This document shows positions 55,633 through 64,000 of a stretch of 64,000 nucleotides of DNA, piece by piece. Numbering within the stretch: the stretch's first letter is position 1; every line of letters begins with the position of its first letter. Both the position numbers and the translations under genes were made by a program. The notes under the pieces were generated by a model that saw nothing but the letters and a program-made list of their open reading frames with translations, had not been told where the DNA came from and made no database searches. Source of the stretch: an uncultured Alphaproteobacteria bacterium (GTDB taxonomy: Bacteria; Pseudomonadota; Alphaproteobacteria; Rickettsiales; CAIJLX01); contig CAIJLX010000051.1 in the NCBI GenBank assembly GCA_903821695.1, positions 8,300-72,299 on the forward strand, in the 5' to 3' direction.

Positions 55633-58600
55633 TTAAAGCGGCAGCAGACTTTCCACGCGTCTGCTAGCAACCATCAAGATTGCCGTATCAATATATTCCA
55701 GCCCTCGCAGATCCTGAATAAACGTATCATGCTGCGCGATTTTAGCAGCGTGGGTTTCGAGCCATTGTTCCAGCGTGCCCACTTTTAGCACAGCTTGCGT
55801 CAGGCGCATTTGCTGGTCGTAAAAACCATCTAAGAAATTGCGCTGCGCCAAACGCTGCCAATAAGAATCCGCCTGCATACGGCGCGCTGCGGTGCGTAAG
55901 AAACCAAGGGCCAAACGGTTGCCAAGCGCATAATAGGTTTCAGCAATGGTTTTCAGTTTCACTTTTGGCGAATATTTTTGAATGTTTAAAATTTCGCAAG
56001 CGGAAGAGAGTGTTTCCAGTGCCGCAAATTTCCTCGCGATTGCACTAGGAATATTGATCTCAAGGAAATGCTCCAGCTTACGCTCATAGGTTTTGCGCGC
56101 AGCAGGCGCCATCACTTGTTCAAGGTATGAGCCAACCTCTTCCACACCTGGTTTGAAATAATTTACCACTTCCGCAACATTCAATGGCTGTGGCAAATTG
56201 CGCAAGAACCACAAGGTCACGCGTTCCACCAGCGCCGTTATTTCGAGGAATAATTCATGCTGCGAGCTGGCAGGCACCACGCCATCGAGCGTTTCGATTT
56301 CTGCCCACAGCGGACGCAAACCAAACGCATCACGTGCGATTGCATAAGCGCGCGCAACTTCAGCTGGGTTTTGGCCGGTATCTTCCACGATCTGGTGGAA
56401 GAAGGTGATGCCCATACGGTTGACCATACTGTTGGTCGCGAAGGTCGCGATAATCTCGCGGCGCAGCGGATGTTTTTTGATATCGTCGGCGTATTTTTTC
56501 ACCATCGTCTGCGGGAAATAAATCATCAGATCTTCATTGAAATACGGATCATCCGGCAGATTGGTCGCGATCAACGTATTGAAAATCGACATTTTGCTAT
56601 AGGCCAATAACACCGCAAGTTCTGGCCGTGTGAAGCCAATCTTCTCGGCATAACGACGGCCCATTTCTTCCGCATCCGGCAGTAATTCAATTGCGCGATC
56701 CAGCAGACCTTCACGCTCCAATTTGCGCATCAAATGCTCACCTGCATCCAAGCCTTTCACGCCGAGCGAATTTGCAATCGAAATCGCCGCCGTTTGCAGC
56801 ACGTTATCGCGCAACACCAGGCCTTCAACTTCATTCGTCATCGAAGCAAGCAAAGTATTGCGCGCCGCTTCTTTTAGCTTGCCGCTCTTGATCGGAATAT
56901 CGAGCGCGATTTTGATATTCACTTCATGGTCAGAGCAATCCACACCTGCGGAATTATCAATTGCATCGGTATTAATTCTTCCACCGGTGAGTGCATATTC
57001 AATACGTCCGCGCTGGGTAAAGCCGAGGTTTCCACCTTCACCAATCACCTTCGCACGAATTTCTGAACCATTGACGCGCAACGCATCATTGGTGCGATCG
57101 CCGACTTGGTCATTCGATTCCTCGGAAGATTTGACATAGGTGCCAATGCCACCATTCCATAACAGATCAACCTTCGCGCAAAGCAATACGCGAATGAGTT
57201 CATCCGGCGTGATGTTTTCTGCTTTGATCTCAAATAATTTGCGTACTTCTTTTGAGAGCTTTAGTGTTTTCGATTTGCGCTCAAATATGCCACCACCAGC
57301 GGAAATTAAATCGGCCTTATAATCGGTCCAACTAGAACGTGGCAGTGCAAATAGGCGCGCGCGTTCCGCGTAGCTTTTTGCAGTATCTGGTGTTGGATCG
57401 AGGAAAATATGTTGATGATTAAACGCCGCGAGCACTTGCATATTTTTCGACAGCAGCATGCCGTTACCAAATACGTCGCCGGACATATCGCCAATGCCGA
57501 TGGCGGTGAAATTTTCTTTTGTGATGTCTTTGCCAAGTTCGCGGAAATGGCGGTCAACCGATACCCACGCGCCTTTTGCGGTGATGCCCATTTTCTTATG
57601 GTCATAACCGACGGAGCCGCCGGACGCGAATGCATCGCCTAACCAGAAACCATATTCCGCAGAGAGGCTGTTTGCGATATCTGAGAAGGTCGCAGTGCCT
57701 TTATCTGCCGCAACCACCAAATAAGGATCATCGCCATCATGCCGCACCACTTGTTTAGGCGGCACGATTTTTCCATCAACGATGTTATCGGTGATATCGA
57801 GCAAGCCTTTTAAGAATGTTTTATAGCACGCGATACCGGCTTCGAGTTGCGCTTCGCGGCTGCCATCTTTCGGTGGATGTTTGACAACGAAGCCACCTTT
57901 GGAACCAACCGGTACAATCACCGCGTTTTTCACCATCTGCGCTTTCATCAAGCCTAATACTTCAGTGCGGAAATCTTCGCGGCGATCGGACCAACGCAAG
58001 CCACCACGCGCCACTTTTCCGCCACGTAAGTGAATGCCTTCTACAGCATTACTGTAGACAAAAATTTCCGCATACGGCTTTGGCTTTGGTAATTCTGGAA
58101 CAGCCGCAGAATTGAGTTTGAAAGAGATATATTCTTTGTCTTGGAAGAAGTTTGTGCGCCAGGTGGCCATGATAGTATCAACAAAACGGCGGATGATTTT
58201 ATCTTCCGCGACGTTAGACACTTCCATCAATTTGGTATCGATTTCTTTAAGAATCGCGGCGATAGCGTTATCGCGGTCTTTTACTTTTAAACTGAAGCGG
58301 GCATAGAAAAGTGCAACGATTTTTTGGGCCAGTTCAGGTTGGCGCGAAAGTGCCTTCGCTATAAAATCGTGGCTAAATGCGAACACCGCTTGGCGCAAAT
58401 ATTTTGAATAGGCACGCAGCAAAATGATATCTCGCACCGACATACCGGCGCGCAATACCAATGCACCCAGTGCATCATTTTCCATTTCCTTATGCCAAAT
58501 CGCGGTAAGGGCTTTTTCAAATTCGGCTTTCACTTCGCCCAAAGGTGGAAGTGGCGTTTCGGTTTTCTTAAGCGCCAAACGGAAATGGTGCGTCCACAGG

Positions 58601-60357
58601 CCGGTTTTATGGTGAATGGGCGTGATTTGGAACGTCAGCGAATCGAGCACTTTAAAGCCCATATATTCGAGCGTTGGCAGAATTTCAGAGAGCGTAATTT
58701 GGCGGCCCGGGTGGAAAATTTTAAGCTGCAAACTTTCTTCCGCGTCGCCTTCCAGGCGATATAAATCGAGCGCCAAATCAAAACCAATATCTTTTTCCGA
58801 CAATGCTTTTTCGAGCTTTAAAATATCGCGCACCGTGCCGCTGTAATGATAACGGCTCATGAAGGAAGCGGGGAACGCATCCCAATATAAATGGAACAGG
58901 CGCTCGCCTTCTTTCTCGCCGAGCAACACCACAGCGCGCTCACGCAACCCTTCGGCCCAACTGCTGGTTACTTCTTCAATTTTGCGCTCCAAAGCTTTGG
59001 CGTTTAAATTGAGCGATACATCCGGATCAATCCGCACGATGAGGTGCAGGCGCGCCAATGGCGAATCCGTAATTTGCGCATAATGATCGGTTACGCTGCC
59101 ACCGGTTGCCTGCTCGAGAATTTTCTGAATCTGCTCACGAGAGCGAGTGTTGTAACGCTCGCGCGGAACATAGACCAACGCGCTTAAAAACCGGCGATAG
59201 GGGTCTTCACGCAGGAACAGGCCGACGCGTGGGCGTTTTTCAAGATCGATAATACCCATGCAGAAATGATAAAGTTCTTCGACCGAAATTTGCAGCAACT
59301 CATCGCGCGGATAATTTTCCAAAATCGCGACTAACGATTTCGCATTGTGGCTGCGCGGCACAAAATTCGCGCGCGCAATCACGGCATCTACTTTTTTGCG
59401 GATGAGCGGAATGAGGCGTGCGCTTTGATGGTATACAGATGAAGTGAACAGGCCCAAGAAACGCTGCTCACCAACTATAACACCGTTTTTATTATAAATT
59501 TTGAAGCCGAGGTAATCCATCGGCACTGGACGATGCACGACAGATTTGCGCACGGATTTGGTAATCTGCACCAATTGTTTTTCGGACGAAGAAACCGTCA
59601 TGGATTCAAGCTCGACCGTGTTTGCTTCTTCGCGTTCCACTTTAAATAAACCAAGTTCGGATTTTGGAATGGCGGTATACGAAACCATGCCATCTTTGCC
59701 GACGACTTGATATTCGCGGCTGCCCATCAACACGAAATGATCATTATAAAGCCAATCGATAAATTCTTTAACTTCGGCCACTTCGTCTTTTGGCTTTTCC
59801 GGTAATGTATCACGCACGGCGTTCAGTTTTTTGCGCATCGCCTGCCAATCAGCCACACATGCCGCCACACGCACCAACACCCGCTCCATTTCTTCTTCGA
59901 GTTTTTTGGCAGCAGGCTCGCCGATATAATTCATCTCAATATGAATCAGCGATTCGGCGACATATTTTTTCTGGCCCTCAAAATCACCTACCGCCACTAC
60001 TGCGCCCTTGGCATTGCGCTCTACGAACAAAATTGGGTGAATCACTTGGCGGATGCGGTGACCTTGGCGGCCTAGTTCCGCAATAATCGAATCGAGCAAG
60101 AAGGGTGAATCGATGCTTGCCACCTCCAGCACCGAACGCTCCATCGCGCCGATGCGGGCATGGAACACGCGGATGGCGCGCGGTGAATTTGGCGAACGGG
60201 TGGCAAAAAATTTCCAGGTATGTTCGGCGGAATCAAGCCAGCGTTGATCGGGCTCGGATTGCAATGTCTCTTCCGAAACGCCAGCAAAATAACGCTCCAA
60301 GAAGGCTTGGAACAGCGCCGGAAGCTTTTTCTTTTTCGCGAGAGCAAAAACTGTCAT
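55633..60357 (-). CDS. gdhB: Large NAD-specific glutamate dehydrogenase
   Basis: ~1575 aa; GIHLRGGKVARGGLRWSDRREDFRTEVLGLMKAQMVKN, VAADKGTATFSD, NTDAIDNSAGVDCSDHEVNIKI. Start uncertain; ATG 60357 chosen. Confidence 0.95.
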   Translation of the reverse strand: MTVFALAKKKKLPALFQAFLERYFAGVSEETLQSEPDQRWLDSAEHTWKFFATRSPNSPRAIRVFHARIGAMERSVLEVASIDSPFLLDSIIAELGRQGHRIRQVIHPILFVERNAKGAVVAVGDFEGQKKYVAESLIHIEMNYIGEPAAKKLEEEMERVLVRVAACVADWQAMRKKLNAVRDTLPEKPKDEVAEVKEFIDWLYNDHFVLMGSREYQVVGKDGMVSYTAIPKSELGLFKVEREEANTVELESMTVSSSEKQLVQITKSVRKSVVHRPVPMDYLGFKIYNKNGVIVGEQRFLGLFTSSVYHQSARLIPLIRKKVDAVIARANFVPRSHNAKSLVAILENYPRDELLQISVEELYHFCMGIIDLEKRPRVGLFLREDPYRRFLSALVYVPRERYNTRSREQIQKILEQATGGSVTDHYAQITDSPLARLHLIVRIDPDVSLNLNAKALERKIEEVTSSWAEGLRERAVVLLGEKEGERLFHLYWDAFPASFMSRYHYSGTVRDILKLEKALSEKDIGFDLALDLYRLEGDAEESLQLKIFHPGRQITLSEILPTLEYMGFKVLDSLTFQITPIHHKTGLWTHHFRLALKKTETPLPPLGEVKAEFEKALTAIWHKEMENDALGALVLRAGMSVRDIILLRAYSKYLRQAVFAFSHDFIAKALSRQPELAQKIVALFYARFSLKVKDRDNAIAAILKEIDTKLMEVSNVAEDKIIRRFVDTIMATWRTNFFQDKEYISFKLNSAAVPELPKPKPYAEIFVYSNAVEGIHLRGGKVARGGLRWSDRREDFRTEVLGLMKAQMVKNAVIVPVGSKGGFVVKHPPKDGSREAQLEAGIACYKTFLKGLLDITDNIVDGKIVPPKQVVRHDGDDPYLVVAADKGTATFSDIANSLSAEYGFWLGDAFASGGSVGYDHKKMGITAKGAWVSVDRHFRELGKDITKENFTAIGIGDMSGDVFGNGMLLSKNMQVLAAFNHQHIFLDPTPDTAKSYAERARLFALPRSSWTDYKADLISAGGGIFERKSKTLKLSKEVRKLFEIKAENITPDELIRVLLCAKVDLLWNGGIGTYVKSSEESNDQVGDRTNDALRVNGSEIRAKVIGEGGNLGFTQRGRIEYALTGGRINTDAIDNSAGVDCSDHEVNIKIALDIPIKSGKLKEAARNTLLASMTNEVEGLVLRDNVLQTAAISIANSLGVKGLDAGEHLMRKLEREGLLDRAIELLPDAEEMGRRYAEKIGFTRPELAVLLAYSKMSIFNTLIATNLPDDPYFNEDLMIYFPQTMVKKYADDIKKHPLRREIIATFATNSMVNRMGITFFHQIVEDTGQNPAEVARAYAIARDAFGLRPLWAEIETLDGVVPASSQHELFLEITALVERVTLWFLRNLPQPLNVAEVVNYFKPGVEEVGSYLEQVMAPAARKTYERKLEHFLEINIPSAIARKFAALETLSSACEILNIQKYSPKVKLKTIAETYYALGNRLALGFLRTAARRMQADSYWQRLAQRNFLDGFYDQQMRLTQAVLKVGTLEQWLETHAAKIAQHDTFIQDLRGLEYIDTAILMVASRRVESLLPL

Positions 60358-60406
60358 TCTGGTTGCGTTTTCTACTTCTAACCCTATATGGTTACAAGCG
60401 TTTTCT

Positions 60407-61171
60407 ATGATTTTCTCTCCCGCAGTGCAGCAAGAACTCGTAAACACCGCCAAACAAGCGGCTGCCCTGCTGTTGCGCTATTATAAAACCGACCTGGTCA
60501 TTGAGCGCAAAGAAGATAAATCCCCCGTCACCGAGGCCGATCACGACGCCAATGCCCTAATTATGGCCGCTCTCACCCGGCTTACCCCCGAAATTCCGAT
60601 AATCGCCGAAGAATCAGCCGAAACGCATGTAATGGATGTTTCGCAAGCGGAGATGTTCTGGTTAGTAGATCCACTCGATGGCACTAAAAGTTTTATCAAA
60701 CATACGGATGAATTTACGGTCAATATGGGCCTCATTAAACATGGCATCCCAAGTTGGGGGATTATTGCGATTCCAGCGCAGGATTTAGTCTATTGGACAG
60801 AAAATAACAGAGTGTTGCGCCAGCAGGGGAATAATACACCAGAAGTAATCTCCGTGCGCACACCGCCGAAAGATGGGATTACGGTGGTCGCGAGCCAATC
60901 ACATTATTCAGATAAGACCGATGTGTTTTTGAAGGAACATAAAGTAGCGCAATTTATCCAGGCCAATAGCTCACTCAAATTTTGCCGAGTGGCAGAAGGT
61001 AAGGCTGATTTATACCCACGCTTTGGGACGACGATGGAGTGGGATACCGCGGCCGGGGATGCACTCGTGCGTGCAGCAGGTGGCCGAGTGGAGCATCCGG
61101 ATGGAAAAGTGTTTACGTATGGTAAGCCGGGTTTTGAGAACGGCAATTTTGTTGCTTATGGTTGGAAATGA
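60407..61171 (+). CDS. cysQ: 3'(2'),5'-bisphosphate nucleotidase CysQ
   Basis: SPVTEAD, AEES, WLVDPLDGTKSF, SSLKFC.VAEG.AD.YPR, TMEWDTAAG. Confidence 0.94.
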   Translation: MIFSPAVQQELVNTAKQAAALLLRYYKTDLVIERKEDKSPVTEADHDANALIMAALTRLTPEIPIIAEESAETHVMDVSQAEMFWLVDPLDGTKSFIKHTDEFTVNMGLIKHGIPSWGIIAIPAQDLVYWTENNRVLRQQGNNTPEVISVRTPPKDGITVVASQSHYSDKTDVFLKEHKVAQFIQANSSLKFCRVAEGKADLYPRFGTTMEWDTAAGDALVRAAGGRVEHPDGKVFTYGKPGFENGNFVAYGWK

Positions 61172-61654
61172 CTATTCAGGTTTTCGAGGCGGAGATTGTT
61201 GCAGATAGGGCTTAAAATGATAATCTGGACTTCCTGGCCAATATAATGCTTTAGGTAGTCGAATTAAATCATCTAAAAACTCGGCTTTTCCTTCAAGTAA
61301 CATGTCTTTCAGCCAATATGTGTTGAGAAGTTGCAACCTTTTCGAATCTATAGATTCGCATTCTTTTTGATTAAAAATTTTCTGCCAATCTGCTTCGCCT
61401 TTCTTATCTTTTAGATCCTGACGTTCTTGGATCAACATCGATAGGTTCCAGCATTCGAGTGTTAGATCTATCATTTGTGCGATATCTTCTGGCGCCTGTA
61501 AATAGCGCTGACAATCTGCTGTTTGCTTATCCAATGGGATGTCTTTTTTACAATAATCTTGCGCAATCGTATAAGGCGGATTTTTGCCGTCATAGCCAAA
61601 TGCATGGGCGGATACGCTGAGAAAGGATAGGGTGAGAATAACAATATATTTCAT
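61172..61654 (-). CDS. Orphan secreted protein
   Basis: Signal peptide MKYIVILTLSFLSVSAHA; four Cys; AAGG RBS; AT-rich. Confidence 0.65.
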   Translation of the reverse strand: MKYIVILTLSFLSVSAHAFGYDGKNPPYTIAQDYCKKDIPLDKQTADCQRYLQAPEDIAQMIDLTLECWNLSMLIQERQDLKDKKGEADWQKIFNQKECESIDSKRLQLLNTYWLKDMLLEGKAEFLDDLIRLPKALYWPGSPDYHFKPYLQQSPPRKPE

Positions 61655-61673
61655 CAGCCTACCTTCAAAATAA

Positions 61674-62864
61674 TTAGCCAAACACCTTCATCGTTTTTGG
61701 TCGCACCAATAATTCTTCGCCTTTTTTGACTGCCAATTGATCGACCACGTTTTTTTGGATTTCGGCTTGGATGACTTTACCGTTATTGCGTTCGATATCG
61801 ACTTTTACTAATGCGCCGGCTGGGTTGATGTGCACGACTTTGCCTTTGATATATTCTTCGCCATCGAGTGCTTTGCGGGCGATATACATTTCGTGTGGGC
61901 GGGCGTAAATTTTGACTGGCACGCCTTCTTCGGGGCGCACTTTGGATTGTTTGCGTTTATAGGTGGTGGAGGATGTTTCCTGCACTACGCCCGGTACGAT
62001 TTTGTTTAAAAAGCCGGTGATTTCTGGATAACGCGAGAGAATACCGCCGGGTTTGTATACTTCCGTGACCGTTGTTTCGATCACGTCATGTTCGGCGAGG
62101 TGGATATTGCCGTCGCCATCCTTGAATCCATCGAACTCATTATAATTGCCGAGGAAGTCATAAACGAAACTATTCGCCGGTGCGTGATAGACTTCTTCCG
62201 GTGTGCCAACTTGTTCGATGCGTCCATTGCTCATGACGACCACGCGGTCGGACACTTCCATCGCTTCTTCCTGGTCATGCGTTACGAAAATGCTGGTGAC
62301 GTGGATTTCATCATGCAGACGGCGCATCCAGCGGCGGAGTTCTTTGCGTACTTTTGCATCGAGTGCTCCGAATGGTTCATCGAGCAATAATACTTTTGGT
62401 TCTACTGCAAGTGCGCGAGCAAGTGCGACACGCTGGCGCTGACCGCCAGAAAGTTGGTGCGGATAACGGGTATGGAAATTTTCCAAGTGTACGAGTTCTA
62501 GCAGCATCATTACTTTGCGACGAATTTCGGCTTCGGTCGGGCGGGTTTCGCGGGGACGAACACGCAAGCCGAAGGCCACGTTATCGAATACGCTCATATG
62601 TTTAAACAGAGCGTAATGCTGGAAGACGAAGCCGACATGGCGCTCTTTAATATGCTTATTATGGGCTTCTTCGCCGTCTAAAATGATGCTGCCGGAATCG
62701 GCTTGTTCTAGGCCGGCGATGATGCGCAGCAATGTGGTTTTGCCGGAACCGGAAGGGCCAAGCAATGCGATCAGCTCACCGGATTTGACTTCCAGGCTCA
62801 CATTATTGAGCGCGGTAAAATCGCGGCTGAAACCTTTAGTGATGTTTTTAACGTGAATGCCCAT
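61674..62864 (-). CDS. cysA: Sulfate/thiosulfate ABC transporter ATPase
   Basis: [47 protein letters not shown]-terminal TOBE. Confidence 0.95.
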   Translation of the reverse strand: MGIHVKNITKGFSRDFTALNNVSLEVKSGELIALLGPSGSGKTTLLRIIAGLEQADSGSIILDGEEAHNKHIKERHVGFVFQHYALFKHMSVFDNVAFGLRVRPRETRPTEAEIRRKVMMLLELVHLENFHTRYPHQLSGGQRQRVALARALAVEPKVLLLDEPFGALDAKVRKELRRWMRRLHDEIHVTSIFVTHDQEEAMEVSDRVVVMSNGRIEQVGTPEEVYHAPANSFVYDFLGNYNEFDGFKDGDGNIHLAEHDVIETTVTEVYKPGGILSRYPEITGFLNKIVPGVVQETSSTTYKRKQSKVRPEEGVPVKIYARPHEMYIARKALDGEEYIKGKVVHINPAGALVKVDIERNNGKVIQAEIQKNVVDQLAVKKGEELLVRPKTMKVFG

Positions 62865-63678
62865 ACCGACTCTCAATAAACTGCTTTAGCACCAATGTCA
62901 CCAGCGCCAGCAAGGTTAAAATGGAAGCAACGGCAAACGCCGCCACGAAATTATACTCGTTATACAAAATCTCTACATGTAGCGGGATCGTATTGGTTTC
63001 GCCCTTAATATGGCCCGACACCACCGATACCGCCCCAAACTCGCCCATCGCCCGCGCATTGCAGAGCAGCACCCCATAGAGCAAGCCCCATTTGATATTG
63101 GGCAACGTTACATGCCAGAACGTATACAAACCGCTCGCACCCATCATCACGGAGGCTTCCTCTTGCTCCGTGCCCTGCTCTTCCATCAACGGAATCAACT
63201 CACGTGCGACGAAGGGGAATGTGACGAAGATCGTGGCGATCACCAAGCCCGGCACTGCAAAAATAATCTGGATATTATGTTCAGATAACCATGCACCTAA
63301 ATAAGAATTTGCACCGAATAATAGCACATAAATCAAACCTGAAATGACGGGCGAAACCGAGAAGGGCAAATCAATCAGCGTGGTTAAAAATTGTTTGCCG
63401 TGGAAATCGAATTTCGCGATCGCCCAGCTTGCCGCCAAACCAAATACCAGATTGAGCGGAACAGCGATTGCAGCAACTAATAAGGTGAGTTTAATCGCGG
63501 CGACTGCATTTTCTTCCTTAAGACTATCCAGATAGGCTTCGGTACCTTTACGGAAAGCTTCGGCGAACACGCTGGCTAGCGGCAGACCCACCAATAACAG
63601 CAAAAACCCGACTGCCAGCGTGATCAATAGCACGCGCATCCAGATGGGTTCATTAATATGATTGGAGCGTTTGCGCAT
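62848..63678 (-). CDS. cysW: Sulfate ABC transporter permease CysW
   Basis: [45 protein letters not shown]. Confidence 0.95.
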   Translation of the reverse strand: MRKRSNHINEPIWMRVLLITLAVGFLLLLVGLPLASVFAEAFRKGTEAYLDSLKEENAVAAIKLTLLVAAIAVPLNLVFGLAASWAIAKFDFHGKQFLTTLIDLPFSVSPVISGLIYVLLFGANSYLGAWLSEHNIQIIFAVPGLVIATIFVTFPFVARELIPLMEEQGTEQEEASVMMGASGLYTFWHVTLPNIKWGLLYGVLLCNARAMGEFGAVSVVSGHIKGETNTIPLHVEILYNEYNFVAAFAVASILTLLALVTLVLKQFIESRYGHSR

Positions 63679-64000
63679 TAATATCTCTTACGGCTACCTG
63701 CCGCCCAGCGTTGCAATAAATTGATGAACAACAACATGAAGAACGAAATAATGAGCATCACGCATGCAATGGCGGTTGCACCCGTATAATCATATTGCTC
63801 GAGCTTAATGATAACGATGAGCGGCACGATTTCCGAAATCATCGGCATATTGCCAGCGATAAAAATAACCGAACCATATTCCCCCAGCGCACGTGCAAAC
63901 GCCATCGCAAAGCCAGTAAGCAAAGGCGGGAACAAATGCGGGAACATAATTTTGCAGAACACCGTCAAACGCGATGCGCCGAGGCTTGATGCCGCTTCTT
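63678..64000 (-). CDS. cysT: Sulfate ABC transporter permease CysT (5' part outside the window)
   Basis: EEAASSLGA...AFARALGEYGSVIFIAGN.P...KLEQYDY.GA. Confidence 0.92.
   Translation of the reverse strand, partial: EAASSLGASRLTVFCKIMFPHLFPPLLTGFAMAFARALGEYGSVIFIAGNMPMISEIVPLIVIIKLEQYDYTGATAIACVMLIISFFMLLFINLLQRWAAGSRKRY

Overview
Chromosomal region of an alphaproteobacterium, judged from the ATP-synthase zeta subunit (DUF1476), lpxC-bamD-recN-ligA synteny, the large NAD-GDH and CtrA-type boxes. The short, lipoyl-less PdhB hints at a Rickettsiales-related or deep-branching lineage; this is an inference. Most of the window is housekeeping: manC, purSC, hflX, nnrD, lpxC-bamD-recN-ligA, aminopeptidase P, oxyR-ahpCD, ccmDEFGH, mutS, maeB, rpsT, the pdhABC-lpdA operon, a methionine-salvage operon, ispH, tRNA-Pro, guaB, gdh, cysQ and cysAWT. 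About ten single AT-richer orphan genes are wedged between these core genes. The most notable items are: (1) a variant Pel exopolysaccharide cluster (41.6-52.4 kb) with a hydrolase-only lipoprotein PelA, no deacetylase domain and no pelC; (2) two unannotated 38-aa lipoproteins, one entericidin-like, inside the PDH operon; (3) an MtnC-MtnK fusion; (4) an orphan whose promoter spacer is a tetranucleotide repeat, followed by a long 5' hairpin; (5) orphans with similar C-terminal tails and local flips in synonymous strand bias around them; (6) PhaR-like and CtrA-like sites. No CRISPR array, integrase or transposase was seen. All family assignments come from motif recognition by eye, not database searches.
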